Assembly: GCF_009914755.1 (NCBI RefSeq)
Contig: NC_060932.1
Origin: the human T2T-CHM13v2.0 reference genome, Homo sapiens
Direction: 5' to 3' (one strand)
DNA length: 64,000 bases
The translations under genes and the position numbers were made by a program. The notes under the pieces were generated by a model, which was not told the origin of the DNA, made no database searches, and saw nothing but the letters and a program-made list of their open reading frames with translations. Position 1 is the first letter of the stretch, and every line of letters starts with the position of its first letter. Of this stretch, positions 40,152-53,457 are shown piece by piece.

Positions 40152-40968
40152 TTTTTTTTTTTTTCTGTTTTAATTTTGGGGTCTACATGTTTCCTTTTCT
40201 CCACATCCTCACCAGCATTTGCTACTGTTTGTCTTTTGGATACAAGCAATTTTAACTGGGGTGAGATGATACGTCGTTGTAGTTTTGATTTGCATTTCTC
40301 TGATGATCAGTGATGTTGAGCACCTTTTCATGTGCTCATTTGCCATTTGTATGTCTTTTGAGAAATGTCTATTTAAATCTTCTACCCATTTTTGATCAGA
40401 TTATTAGACTTTTGTCTGTAGAGTTGTTTGAGCTCCTTAAATATTCTGGTTATTAATCTCTTGTCAGATGGGTAGTTTGCACACATTTTCTCCCATTCTG
40501 TGGGTTGTCTCTTCGCTTTGTTGATTGTTTCCTTTGCTGTGCAGAAGTTTTGTAACTTGATATGATCCTATTTGTCCATTTTTGCTTTGGTTGCCTGTGC
40601 TTGTGGTTTATTACTCAGGAAATTTTTGCCCAGACCAATGTCCTGCAGGGTTTCCCCAATGTTTCTTATAGTAGTTTCATGGCTTGAGGTCTTGATTTAA
40701 GTCTTTAATTCATTTTGATTTTCATTTTTGTGTATGGGGTCAGTTTTCATTGTTTTGCATATGCATATCCAGTTTCCCCAGCACTATTTATAGAAAAGAG
40801 TGTTCTTTCTCCAATATATGTTCCTGGCACCTTTATCAAAAATGAGTTCACTGTAGGTGTGTGGACTTGTTCCTGGATTTTCTGTTCTGTTCCACTGGTC
40901 TATGTGACTGTTTTTATGTCTGTACATGCTATTTTGGTTACTATAGCTCTGTAGTATAATTTGAAGTC
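40152..40968 (-). mobile_element. L1MA ORF2 C-terminal segment with poly(A) and TSD
   Basis: ctccacatcctcaccagcatttg...gtagtataatttgaagtc; ORF 40784-40972 translates as L1 ORF2-like (HIDQWNRTENP...YSELIFDKGA); TSD cca[g/a]cttctttg. Confidence 0.92.
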
Positions 40969-41049
40969 CCAACTTCTTTGCCTTGACTGAAGCTATTATT
41001 TCTGCATTTTCTCCCAGACCGTGAGATGAAAAAATTTTGGAGTTAGCAA

Positions 41050-41540
41050 AAAAACATTAAAAAGTGTTCTAAATATTTTTAAAAATGTAAAGTAAAATAT
41101 AGATGTAATGAATAAACATATGAGGACTGAGAACAGATAAATGAAACTATTAAAAACAGATAGAAATTTTAGAACTATGAAATATAGTATCTGTGAAGAA
41201 AAATTCACTAAATGGACTTAAAAGAAAATTAGACACTGGAGCAAATTAGACACTGGAGAAGAATGGATTAGTGAACTTGAAGACAGGTTAATAAAAATGA
41301 TTCAAACTGAAGTACAAAGAGGAAAGAAGACTGGAAAAAGGAGGAATCAAGTGAGCCCTAGTGACCTATGTAATAATAATAAGCTCTATATTATATGTAT
41401 AATTGGGAGCCCAGATGGAAAGGAGAAAGATAAAAATATGTAGCAGAAAAAAAAATGGTCCCAAGTCTCCCATATTTGACAAAACATATGAACCCACATA
41501 TTCAAGAGTTTAGCAAACCCCAAATAGGGTAAACCCAAGA
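41050..41540 (+). mobile_element. L1M ORF1-region fragment
   Basis: aaattagacactggagaagaatggattagtgaacttgaagacagg, aacccacatattcaaga. Confidence 0.75.
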
Positions 41541-41599
41541 TAGGAGAGGTAAATGATGAGTATCTTTAATGGGAGTAAATACTTATTCCTTAAATGAGT

Positions 41600-41852
41600 G
41601 GCATAAGGTAATGGCTCAGAATGTGTCTTCATAGATGGATTTATTGGGTTTAAATATCAGCTATTTAATTTACTAGTTGTACGAATGTGAGCAAGTTACT
41701 TAACTCCTCTGTACCTCAATTTACTCAAATGGAAGAACATATGTGAGAGCATTAATAGTAACTATTTTATAGATTGTTGTGAAGGTTACATGAGTCAATA
41801 CATGAAAAGCATTTAGAGCATAGCCTTGCACACAGTAAGTACTCAATAATCT
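41600..41852 (+). mobile_element. MIR
   Basis: gagcaagttacttaactcctctgtacctcaattt...ttgtgaaggtta...gcacacagtaagtactcaataa. Confidence 0.85.
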
Positions 41853-42774
41853 AATTTTAAATAAAAGTAGAAACTTTGATTAAGAGAAAAGAGAAAGGGT
41901 ACAGAGAGAAACAGGGTGTTATGAAGATGATATGCAAGAATTTTGAATTTCATGTATATGAATCTAAGTTGCACTTCGTAAGTTTCTGTGTTTATTAACT
42001 GTCTATACCTATGGTTCCAAATCCTAAAACTCAACAAATCTAAATGAGTAGTTTTTACATTCAAATATAATGACAATTCCAATTTTTCAGAATGCCACTG
42101 TTATTGATATTAAATATGGTAGTCATAACAATACATTGTTTTGGCATAACATATTGCTCCAAAACGTGCAGAGCATCTATGACATGAAAATTGAATCTTA
42201 GTCTATGGTTATTCTGCTTCAATTTCAAATGCCCTTATAATTTTTAGAGGAAGTTTTTTTGTAATCTATAGTAATAGATGATCTATAGGTTAACAGGCAC
42301 AAAATAGATCACGTTATATATTTATAGCATCTTTAAAACAATGTGTAGTATTGTTTACTAGTGAATTATTTTCTCATATTAAGGACCTACTATGTGTGTG
42401 GGACACATAAGTGCACAAAACTAACAAAATCATTATCTGTCCCTAAAACTTATATTCTGAATGTTCTCAACTGACAGGTCACTAATACTTCCTGGACAAC
42501 TCAACAACAACAAAATAGTTGCTGAAAAGGACTTTGAAGCATTTCATGATTGATTTCTAAGAAAACAATTTTGCTGCTTTCCTTCCAGCTCCCTAATCAC
42601 CCATCTATCTTATGTGCTCCTCATCCTTCTGCATACGTAATGTAATTATAAATATCATCACCAAACCCTGGGCTTCATATTCTTTTCCATTCATTTTTCT
42701 TTTTAAAAAATATTTTTATTTCCCTTTTATTCACTTCTTTCATATCATTACTAATCATCTCTATCCTGATAATA

Positions 42775-42978
42775 GCTCAGTGGTATGTTAAGAACATTGG
42801 GCTAGTTGATGGCCAAAAAATCTGGGAGGTAATTCTAACTCTGACACTAAATTGCTTTGTGACCTTGGGCATATTATTTAAGCTCTTGAGACTCAATTTC
42901 ATAATCTTTAAGTTGAGGAGAATGTACCAGATGTCGTCTAAAGTTCCTTCAAGCAATAAAATACTGTGATTCTCTGAA
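42775..42978 (+). mobile_element. MIR3-like
   Basis: tgtgaccttgggca...ctcaatttc...tctaaagttccttcaagc...ctgtgattct. Confidence 0.75.
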
Positions 42979-43744
42979 TCTCAAATAGAAATCTTCATTA
43001 CTGTGTATCATTCATGATCTATTCCTACAATCCCAGCTGTCTTTAGGGTATTTTCACTTGGATGTCTCATAGCCTAAAATTTATTATGTAAAAAATTGAG
43101 GAAGCCTAAAATAATTTGTTGCTGACCAAACTTCCTCTTCCTCTTCATCATCATTATCCAATTCTAACTCATTCACTGTGTTCTTTTAAACCCTTGAGAA
43201 ATTACCTTCCCCCTTGCCACTCCAACCCCAGCTAATCTTTTTTTTTTCTTTTCTTTTTTGAACCAGTCGTTCATCTCCAAATCAAACCTTTGGTAACATT
43301 TATAAGAGTTTCCAAAAAACTTTTTCAATCAATGCCAGACTTAAGAGAGAAATAGTGCCATAAGTTCTATCCTAGAACTGATATATTGATATAGTTTCTG
43401 GATTTGCGTTAGAATTGGTAAATAGTTAACTCAATTTCTGGAAAGTCTATTCCCTTTCTCCACCTTAATTCTTTCTCTCTTTGTCATTCTTGATGCCATT
43501 GAAATGGGAAGGAATAAAATACAAGGTAATGCAAGTCACGTTTATTATCAAAAGCTTTTCCCCTGAGTCCCAAGTATAAGAAGCAGAGGTGGAAGCTGCA
43601 GGTGGGAGCTGGAGGAGGGGACGGAAAACAAAGCAAGGGAGAGGAGGATGCGTCCCAGGACTTACCCTCTTCTTAGTTTTGTGTACTTATTTCTGAAGAA
43701 AACTGAACTTAGCAGAGATCTTATTAGAAAATGTGAGGGCATTC

Positions 43745-43842
43745 AGTGGGTAAGAATGTAAATTAGCACAGCCATTAAGGAAAGCAGTTTGAGGGTTCCT
43801 CAAAAACTGAAAAATAAAACTACTGCATTACCCATCAATCAT
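43745..43842 (+). mobile_element. L1 ORF2 C-terminal fragment
   Basis: aatgtaaattagcacagccattaaggaaagcagtttgagggttcctcaaaaact. Confidence 0.75.
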
Positions 43843-44399
43843 TTGGAACATTTTTAATGAAACAAAGGAGAAACCCGGGTTTGCAACCAAATGCCAACTA
43901 GCACTTAATCTATTTAAATATGGTTCCCCAAATCCTGGTTTCCAATTTAAGTTATAAGAAAAATAAAACGTTTCTGGGGGTTCCTAGAAAGAAAATGTTT
44001 TCCAGGGTAAGAATACTTTTATTAAGCCACTCTAATATCAGAAATATGTTTTTTTTCTGTTATCTCAGATGTGAGGAAAGAAATGAAGAAGAGGGGCCAA
44101 ACACATTGCTATCACTATGTATTTCTTAAAAAAATTTTCATTTGGAAATATTCTTTGACTGCTCACAGGTGCCCCCTCCATAAACTTACCAAAAAAAAAC
44201 ATTGTTTAAAAATTCTGATATTTTTATAACTCCAATCCTAGACCTGGTAAATACAGGATGCCCCCAAACAACTAAGCAGTTGGATCTGACATCAGTCTCA
44301 TCTTCTTTTAACATGTGGCAGCCCCTCACTATTGTCTTGTGAAATAATATCACTTTCAAACTAGGATTGCAGACAGGCATTGCCTTATAACTGTCAGCT

Positions 44400-44575
44400 T
44401 ACACCAGACTTGATGTGGGCAGGTAAATAAAGTTTTGCTGGAAGATGCCATAACAATGTTATACCTCTTGTACCTGGAGAGTTGTAACACTTTTCTTCTT
44501 GTCTGAAATAAACACTTTTACACAGCCCAGCAGAAGTGTAAGCAAAATTAACCAAATACTTCACAAACACTCTCC
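44400..44575 (+). repeat. Dispersed direct duplication, copy A (probable donor)
   Basis: Aligns with 45573-45760; ORFs 44394-44594 and 45540-45776 translate to near-identical peptides. Confidence 0.95.
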
Positions 44576-45431
44576 CCTTTATAAATGAAAACAATCAAAT
44601 TTACCACTCATAACTTATATGCAATTGCTTTTCCTGTAGCAGTGATGAGCTTCCATGAGAATCTAAGCATATATTTTTGCCTACATTTTCATCTGTTAAG
44701 ATGGTTGTTGGCTAGGATTGAGAGATATATTTTCTGTAGCACAGTTCCTCTTTTCTGAAGATCCCATTAAATCAAGCAGACATGACCAATAAAATCAGTG
44801 AAATGGTGCCCTTCCACAAATGCACACAGCAAGATCCAATGAGTAATACACAAAGAATAAGGATAGTTGACATGCACTGTGTGCTTACTGTATGGCCAGC
44901 ACTGTATATAAAATAATCACTTATTCAACAACAGTCCATCTTTGAATAGAAGTGATGAGAGTAAGCATCCTAGCTTTGTTCCAAATATTAGAGAGAAAGA
45001 GTTGCATACTCCACTATTAAATATTATATTAGTTGCAGGTTTTTAAATAAATGTTCTTTGTCAGGTTGAAGAAGTTACTCTTTATTCTCAGTTTCTGAGA
45101 GTATTTATCATCAGTGGAGGTTGAATTTTTTCAAACACTTTTCTGCATATATTGAGATAATCTTATAGATTTTTTCTTTATTCAGTTAAGGTAAATTAAG
45201 TTGATAGATTTTCTAATATTAAAAGTTTATATTCCTCTGTTCATTCATTTATTCTTGATCAGTCTAGCTAAGAATTGATCAATTTTGTTAATGTTTTCAA
45301 AATCCATTGTTGGCTTCCTATTTCACTGATTATTTACTCTTATCTTTATTATTTCCTGGTTGTTATTTGCATTTATTCTGTTCTTCTTTTCTAGCCTCCT
45401 AGTATACAATCTTATGCCGTTAAGTTTATTC

Positions 45432-46587
45432 ATTTCATTTTTATTATTTTTTAGAATTTTTGTGGCTACATATTAAGTGTATATATTTATGCAGGACATG
45501 AGATGTTTTAATATAGTCATGCAATGTGAAATAAGCACATCATAGAGAATGGGGTATCCATCCCCTCAAGCATACACCAGACTTGATGTGGGCAGATAGA
45601 TAAATACACTTTTGCTGGTAGATGCCACAGCAATGTAAAAACGTTATACCTCTTGTACCTGGAGAGTTGTAACATTTTTCTTCTTGTCTGAAATAAACAC
45701 TTTTACACAGCCCAGCAGAGATGTAAGCAAAATTAACCAAATACTTCACAAACACTCTCCTTTGAGGTACAAACAATCCAATTACATTCTGTAAGTTATT
45801 AAAAAATATACAATTAAGTTATCACTGACTATGGTCACCCTATAATGCTATCAAATAGTAGATCTTATTCATTCTTTTTATTTTGTTTGTGTTCATTAAC
45901 CATCCCTACCGCCATTCTAGCTCCCAACTACACTTCCCAGCCTCTGGTAACCATCCTTCCAGTCTCTATCTCCATTAGTTCAATTGTTTTGATTTTTAGA
46001 TCCCACACATAAATGAGAACATGTGATGTTTGTCTTTCTGGGCCTGGCTTATTTCACTTAACATAATGATTTCCAGTTCCATCCATGTTGTTGCAAATGA
46101 CTGGATCTTATTCTTTTTTATGGCTGAATAGTACTCCATTGTGTATATGTACCACATTTTCTTTATCCATTCATCTGTTGGTAGGCATTTAGGTTGCTTC
46201 CAAATCTTAGCTTTTGTAAACAGTGCCGCAACAAACATAGGAATGCAGATATTCTGCAATATAGTGAATTCCTTTCTTTTGGATATATACCCAGCAGTGG
46301 GATTGCTGGATCACATGGTAGCTCAATTTTTAGTTTTTTTGAGGAACATCCAAACAATTCTCCATGATAGTTGTATTAATTTATACTCCCATTAACAGTG
46401 TACAAGGGTTCCCTTTTCTCCACATCCTTGTCTGCATTTGTTATTGCCTGTCTTTTGCATGTAAGCCATTTTAACTGGGGTAAGATGATACCTCATTTTA
46501 GTTTTGATTTGCATTTATCTGATAATCCATGATGTTGAGTAACTTTTAATATGCCTGTTTGCCATTTGTATGTCTTCTATGAGAAAT
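45432..46587 (-). mobile_element. L1MA (MA2-4-like) 3' end
   Basis: gaaataagcacatcatagagaatggggtatccatcccctcaagcat; ORF 45996-46259 translates as the L1 ORF2 C-terminus (WKQPKC..DEWIKKMWYIYTMEYYSAIKKN). Confidence 0.93.
45573..45760 (+). repeat. Dispersed direct duplication, copy B (inside L1MA)
   Basis: Non-L1 sequence matching 44400-44575 that splits a contiguous L1MA motif. Confidence 0.95.
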
Positions 46588-49129
46588 AGTTATTGATTTT
46601 AGACCTTTCTTTTACACTGATGTAAGCATTTAAATCTATAAATTTCCCTCTCTGCAGTGCTTTGGGTGTATCCCACAAATGTTGACATGATGCGTTTTTA
46701 TTGTCATTCAGCTCAAAGTATATTTTTGTTACTCTTCTGATTTTCTCTTTCACAATGAATTATGTAGAGGTAAGTGATTTAATTTCCAAATATGTTGTGA
46801 TTTCCTGATTACCTTATTGCTATTGATGTATTTTTCCCTTGGAAAAAAAATATACAATCTCTCCAATGATTTGTTTTATAGGCTACCATATATAGCTTGG
46901 TTAATGTTCCATTTGCACTTTTTAAAATGTGTATTTTGGACTTGTTGGGTTTGGTGTTGTATAAATATATATTAGGTGAAGGTAGTTGATAGGGTTGTTT
47001 GGATCAACATTGTCATAACTGATTTTCTCTCTAGTTGCTCTATCAGTTGCTGAGTGTGGCTTTAAAATCGCTGAATCTGATTAGGCAATTGTTATTTTCT
47101 CTCTTTCATTATATCATGTATTTTAAAGAAGCTTAAAACCTTTAAATATCATTTACCCTGCTGTCTTTCATCATTTCTTATGTGTTTTTGCTCTACACAT
47201 GTTTTTGTTGTTGTACTTTTTTCAATTATTTTTTACAGTCAATATGAATTTATAATAACATACAAAAGTACCCTTTCTCAATTTCATTTTTTCTGTCTGA
47301 GATTATATTCCTTCTAATTGGAAATTTCTCTTTAGGGTATTTGCTTTTTTTAAATTATTATTTTAAAATTGTGCTTTGTTTCAAGTGAAAGTCTTCTTGT
47401 GACATATTACATTCAGTTTGTTTGAAACATACTTATTTCCCCTTCATTTTTGAGAATTATTTTCAACGGATATAGAATACTAGGTTGGAAGCTACTTTTA
47501 TTCAGTTCTTTAAATATGCCTTTTTAATGTTTTCTGGCTTTCCACTGTTTTCTTTATGTTGAAAAGACAACTATCAGCCTTACTGTTGCTCCTTTTAAAT
47601 CACTATGCACTTTTTTCTCACTACTTTTTGCGTTTTCTTCTTTTTTTTGGTTTTAGCTCTTTGAATGTGATGTCTTCTTTGGGTCTCTTAATCCTGGTTC
47701 ACCAAGATTTTGAGTTTGCAGGTTGATGCTTTCATCAGATTTTGAAAATTTTCAACCATTATCTCTTCGAATGTTGCTTCTGCAAGATCTCCTCTGTTTT
47801 CAATTGTTCATATGCTAGGTATTTCATGTGGATCCCACATATCTCTTATACACTATTCTTTCAGTTTTCTTATTATATTTTCTCTCTGTGCTTCAGTTTA
47901 AGTGATTTCTATTTATCTGAAGTATCTAAGCCAGTCCTACTTTCTTTAGAAGAAAACCTAAAATAGCTTTTTAACTTATTGTATCTCAATAAACGACCAC
48001 CGGTTCTCTCAGTTAAGTAGACTTTCTACAGATTGTTCCAAACATAGATAGCAACTTAGAAGTACTGAATTCCTTTAAAAATTTTTTCAGGATATTGCTT
48101 TTCTAACTTCCTATTCCCTTTATTTAGCTATTAAATTTGAAGGAAAATACAGATAAAATTCTGTAACGGTTTCATCCAGCACTAAAATTATATTAATATT
48201 CCAGTTACCAGTAATACAGCACAAGTAAACAAAAGAAATGGGAAATATTATCACATCTACAATTTCTAAGTCAGGTTCCCTGGTTCATCTGGTTGATGAA
48301 CATTAGCCAGTACTGACCATAATAACAATTGATGTACTGACTCAGAAAAAAGCGAAAAAATGACCATCCACTTCCACCTCCTACTGCATTCCTAAGTGAG
48401 AAGAAGGTCTCCTTCATTGACTCCAGAATTTCTGCTTTAATGAACCCAGGGACAAAGGAGTAGAGCTGAAATATGTGTATCTTACACAATCCTATTTTAA
48501 TTTGGAAAGAGAAAAAATAAGAATTAGTAACAACCCAGATATAAATGCCTCTTTCTTCTTAGATATACAGAATAAGATAATATATATGCAAAGGTTAAAA
48601 TGCAAAAATAAAAACAGAAAGGGAAAGAAAAGTCTTTCTATTCCCTAGTCTAATCCCATCCTCAGAATTCATTTTTGTAACTTATCACCTTAGAGACCCC
48701 ATAACATATCCAGCCCATTTAAATTTATCCATCCACTCCCCAATAAACAAATCTAATTACTTGTAACTGATATCTTTTAGAAGAAAGTAGGTAGCTTTCT
48801 AAGAACGCCTCTGTTTATTCTCTTTATCTGAGAAAATAGCATACATTGAAACTATAATGTCTTAATAGGAATGATAGAAGGCATAAAAGTAGACACAGTG
48901 TACAAGCATTAGTTGCCCAAGAAGAAAATTAACCTCCAATCTGACATATTTGAAGTGTCCTGGGGAATGGAAGCAAGACTTCCATTTAGCAATTAATTTG
49001 AACCAATTTGTAGACATGTAAACCAGTGTTAGGAAATGCACCGCAGAAGAAATTCCTGGAGCAGAGGGCGCAATGGCCTCAGCTTTAGATTTCATATTGA
49101 AAACTCATGAGCTGTGATAGCTAGAAGCT

Positions 49130-49345
49130 ACAGGGAAAGAGTTTTGACTTCTTAGAAAAATCTTTCATATGGTGAAAAACCACTGAAAGATGGAACAAGC
49201 TGTCTCAGAAGATCATGAGTTCTCCATCACTGGAAGTATTCAAGCATAAGCTGACCACTTGGCATGAACCAAGTACCAAATTAGTAGAAGAACTACATTT
49301 CTACCAAGTCCCCTTCCCATTCTGAATTCCTGTGATTCCATAATG
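49130..49345 (+). mobile_element. L3/CR1 3' fragment
   Basis: tgagttctccatcactggaagtattcaagca...gtcccttccc...tgtgattcca. Confidence 0.75.
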
Positions 49346-49449
49346 ATGAATCGAGTAGGACTAAAAGGAGGATTAAAAACATGTCGGTATAAAATAATTA
49401 TATCTAGAGAATTGACCAAGGGAAAGGAAAGTGAATAAAACAAGGTGAA

Positions 49450-50140
49450 TAACACTGATGTTTTCATTTGTGGAAATTAAAAACAGTAATTACATATCAT
49501 TTATTACCCATTACACTATCACTGATTTTAAATGACAGCATTATCCAGGGTAGGCAAACATGTGAGGAAACAGGCATTCTCATACACGGGGACAGAAATG
49601 CAAATCAACACAACCTTTTAGGAAGCCATTATCAAATATAAAATACTCAATCCTTGTATCCAATAACTTCACATTTAGGAAGTTATCACATAGAAATATT
49701 TATAGTATTATTTGTATATATAATATGTTTATTTCAGTCAAAAAAGTAGAAATTCAAAAATTAGAGTTAATATAAATGCTCATTAAGAGAGGAAGGATTA
49801 GATTAATTATAGTATATTTTTTTACAGAATATTTTAAAGTTATTAAAAAAGAATGAGGTAGCTGTTTCTATTCTAACAAATAACAGTTTCACAGCTTATA
49901 TTGTTTGAGGAAGAAATGTATAAAATATATACATAGTATGATTCTCTATTATTTTTTGAAACAACAACAACAACATGAGAACTACTGTATAGGATTGGAT
50001 TAACACTGGGAAAGTGTCCTTAAGAATGCACACCACACTGTTAACAGGAAATAGGAAATGAGATTAAGGGCAAGATTTTCACTTCTTAATGTGGATATTT
50101 CAGAATTTTACAAAATATTTTTGAAAACACATTTACAACT
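49450..50140 (+). mobile_element. L1ME 3' fragment
   Basis: gaggaaacaggcattctcataca, acttcacatttaggaagttatc, taaaaaagaatgaggtag. Confidence 0.7.
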
Positions 50141-50835
50141 TTCATAACTTTTTTGGGATCCATCCCAATTTTAAAACTTCATCTCCTTTGTAGCCACATT
50201 TCCCTGACTAACAATCCCCAAGCATCCTGCAAATTGTCAGATTAAGAAACTTTACGCATTCCTGAAAACACTGACATTCCCTTGAGCCAAAAAACATTAA
50301 TGTGGAGACAAAAACAAAAACAAGAAACCTTATTATACCTTAAATAGGTTGATTCATTGCCTTCTATTTCTTTGTTTATACATTCATCATGTCATTGCTT
50401 TATATGCTTAATCAATGCACTCCCAAAAGTTGAAATGAAGAAAACAGAAAAATGGGATTCAAGCTTAATCTTAGTTAATAGTAATTTAAGTGATCAACAT
50501 GGTGTCCAGTGAGCCTTGCAAAGGAGACCCGAGAGAGAATCCTCTCAAAGTAGTAAACGTTAACATGGGGTTCCAGATGCAATTCCACTGCGTGCCTGGT
50601 CTCCTTTGTTGCACATCAAAAGCATTTAGGTCAACTATGCCAGCTTCCCTTGGTGACTCACAGAGATTATATAAATTGTTAATCATGCTGTAAAACTGTG
50701 GAAATGCTTGCTTAAAATAAAACTTATTTCAAGGAGTAGGGATTTTGTTATTGTTTTTCCAACTTCTGCATATTTGAGTTTGGCTTTAAAATGTACCATA
50801 AAAATGAAGCCTTAACATAATTTTATTAAATATTT

Positions 50836-51146
50836 GTTTATTCGTATTTTTATTTCTTTATTTTTCAGAGAGAGGGCCTTGCTCTGTCGCCCTGGCCAGA
50901 GTGCAAGCTCACTTCAGCTTCTAGCTCCTGGACTCCAGTACTCTTCCTATCTCAACTTCCTGAGTATCTGGAACTACAGGTGTACACCAACACAACATGC
51001 CCACCTTTTTTTTTTTTTTTTTTTTGTAAGACAAGGTCTTCCCAAGTGACCCAGGCTGGTCTCGAACTCCTGAGCTCAAGTGATCCTCCAGCCTCAGACT
51101 CCCAAAAAGCTATGATTACAGGTGTGAGCCACCACTGCACCCAACC
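50836..51146 (-). mobile_element. AluJ
   Basis: Diverged antisense dimer with an expanded middle T-run; TSD attaaatattt at 50825 and 51148. Confidence 0.92.
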
Positions 51147-52129
51147 AATTAAATATTTAATTTGAGATCAGACTTCTCTAATGATCTGTAGTTACATGTT
51201 AAAATATGTAGTGCCACATAGTACAAATGAGCATTTATTCTCCTCAATAGTGAAATGGCATGTTGCAATTATGTCAATCCCTCATTGTTTTCTATTCTAT
51301 CTGAAGAAGAACTCTTTCATAATTGACATTCCCCTGCTAACCACTTACATGGCCTAGTAGAGCCATGGTACTTTCGTATTATAAATGTCAACAGTTGCAA
51401 ACTGATTTGAATACTTTAAGTTCAATCATATAAATAAAATTAGGTACTTTGCATTACTAAATATCAGAAAAACAAAGTTTTGCCAAATGATTAGTTGAAT
51501 TATCAGAATTCATTATTTCTGATTATTCTCTGCTCCAGCTTTGGAAGTCCACCCAGTTTTCTGCAGCCTCTTTACACTTTCTTACCACAATACAATCAGT
51601 GAAACTGTCACATAAAAAACCTGACTCAAGGCTTTCTCCTGTAATAAGGATTCTACAGCTTGGGCCTGCAGCTCACCACAGATCTCCAGCACAGACAGTG
51701 GAGCACTTCAGGGTCTGTTCTTTTTTGTTACTATTTTTTTATTTCCCTTATACAAAAAGTACCCCTTCTTGTAGAGTCTTTATAAATTTTCCTAATTTAT
51801 ATTTTCTCTCTTTCTTATTTTAGGATATGATTAAATTGCTCAGCCCATTACCCTCATTTTCTGGGATGCACTGCCAGACAATTTGGTCTATAGTAAGACA
51901 GGTTCTCAGTGCATATATTGTCCCCATGTTCATACTGTGGGACTCTGGCCTGGGGTACTAATTTGCTTGGATACATGTGTCAGTCTTGAGTTAAAGTTGA
52001 AACAGTTCTCTCTATCAATAATCACTTATCCCAATGCCAGATATATAAATGAGGCAGACTGTGTCATTTTTGCTCAGTGAAACTTATTGGGAAACTACAG
52101 ATACCATTTAACAGTTAGTGGGCTTCTAC

Positions 52130-52340
52130 CAATGCCATGTAGGCTCACATATGCTTTCTCTCTTAATCTCCTACCACCTCTCTAAATTAGATATGTTATC
52201 TCCAGCACAACAGGTAAGAAAACTGAAGGCCCATGAGGTTATATAACTTTCCAAGTTCACACAGCTAGTAACTAACAGAAATAGGATTCAGGACCAAGGC
52301 TCCTAAATCTAAGTCTAATATTCAGTTTTCTTACCATTTC
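52130..52340 (-). mobile_element. MIR
   Basis: caggtaagaaaactga...gaggttatataactttccaagttcacacagctagtaa. Confidence 0.75.
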
Positions 52341-53152
52341 CCAAATTCTGTCAAACGTCAAAAACGGTAAGTACCTACGGAAGTTCACTTCCTACGTGTC
52401 TCTGTTCAACTCTGTGGCTTTATGCTGACCTTCCTTCTTCCATGGCCTAGCTTTTTCTCATCAATAAATTGTTTGCCAATATTTGATAGAGATATTTTTA
52501 AAATTCATGAAACTATGCATAGAAATAACCATGGAAATAATCTGTCATGCATGTGTCTTTGTCCTAAAGAGACAGAATAAATCTAATGAGAATTAACCAA
52601 TCCATTTGGAAGAATCTAATGTGTGTCATTTTTCCTTCAGAGGCTGTGTTGGATACTGGGAATACATTTACAGTAGGCAGAACATTATAGATAGCCTCAA
52701 AAACGAGTTAGCGGGATTAGTAGATGCAGGTGGATCTGGTCCATTTGAAATATTCCAAAACAAATTGTATATTTAAGTTCAAATGACTACCATAGAGTAC
52801 TTTGTCATGGACAGAAATAAAGCTTTTTTAAGGAAGAAGAGTGTTTTCTCGTTTATTCTGTCTTGATGAGAAAAAGAGGATGAGAAATCTTTGGTCAAAA
52901 TGGAAAGAAATAATACCACCATCTGCCTCACTCCTCCCATGGGGATTCCTTTGAAAAGGAATGTGTGGTAAAGAAGGAAAATCAGCAGTAATAATTGGCT
53001 TGGAAATCTACCAAATACATCCTCGATATTTGGCCATTCAACACAGGTCAACTGTAGTAATCTCAATATGCTTGCATAAACATATCAGTTCTTTTTCTTT
53101 CTCTCTCATCTAAATATAATGAGAATGGGAATGTGAAAATAAAGATCCTGTC

Positions 53153-53452
53153 GGCCAGGGGCAGTGGCTCACGCCTGTAATCCCAGCACTTTGGGAGGCC
53201 CAGAGGGGTGGGTCGTTTGAGTTTAGGAGTTCAAGACAAGCCTGAGCAACCTGGTGAAATCCTGTCTCCACAAAGAATACAAAAATTAGCCAGGAATAGT
53301 GGAGTGTGCCTGTGGTCCAAGCTACTCGGGAAGCTGAAGTGGGAGGATTGCTTGAGCGCAAGGAGGTTGATGCTTCCGTGAAGCTGAGATAGGGCCACTG
53401 CTCTCCAGCCTGGCAACAGAGTGAGACCCTGTTTCAAAAAAGAGAAAAAAAA
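53153..53452 (+). mobile_element. AluJ
   Basis: Sense dimer with gggaggattgcttgagc; degenerate TSD aaagatcctgtc/aaacattctgtc. Confidence 0.93.
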
Positions 53453-53457
53453 CATTC

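Larger units (their letters stand above)
44930..47920 (-). mobile_element. Old L1M interrupted by a younger L1MA
   Basis: gaatagaagtgatgagagtaagcatcctagctttgttcc; resumes at gcatttaaatctataaatttccctc and ggatatagaatactaggttgg. Confidence 0.85.

Noticed and set aside
41226-41258. 17-bp tandem duplication (aaattagacactggagc)
   Set aside because: Ordinary slippage duplication within a decayed L1; similar small ones occur at ~30508 and ~34648 in MLT1 LTRs
44394-45776. Pair of paralogous small proteins (..RVFVKYLVNFAY.SAGLCKSVYFRQEEKCY..)
   Set aside because: Explained by the DNA duplication; starts are non-ATG and a frameshift separates the two copies
45996-46259. 87-aa ORF as a CDS
   Set aside because: Remnant of the L1 ORF2 C-terminus in a truncated element; likewise 40784-40972
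50486-50693. Overlapping antisense ORFs in unique sequence
   Set aside because: Short, with non-ATG starts, no recognisable domain and no clear flanking splice sites
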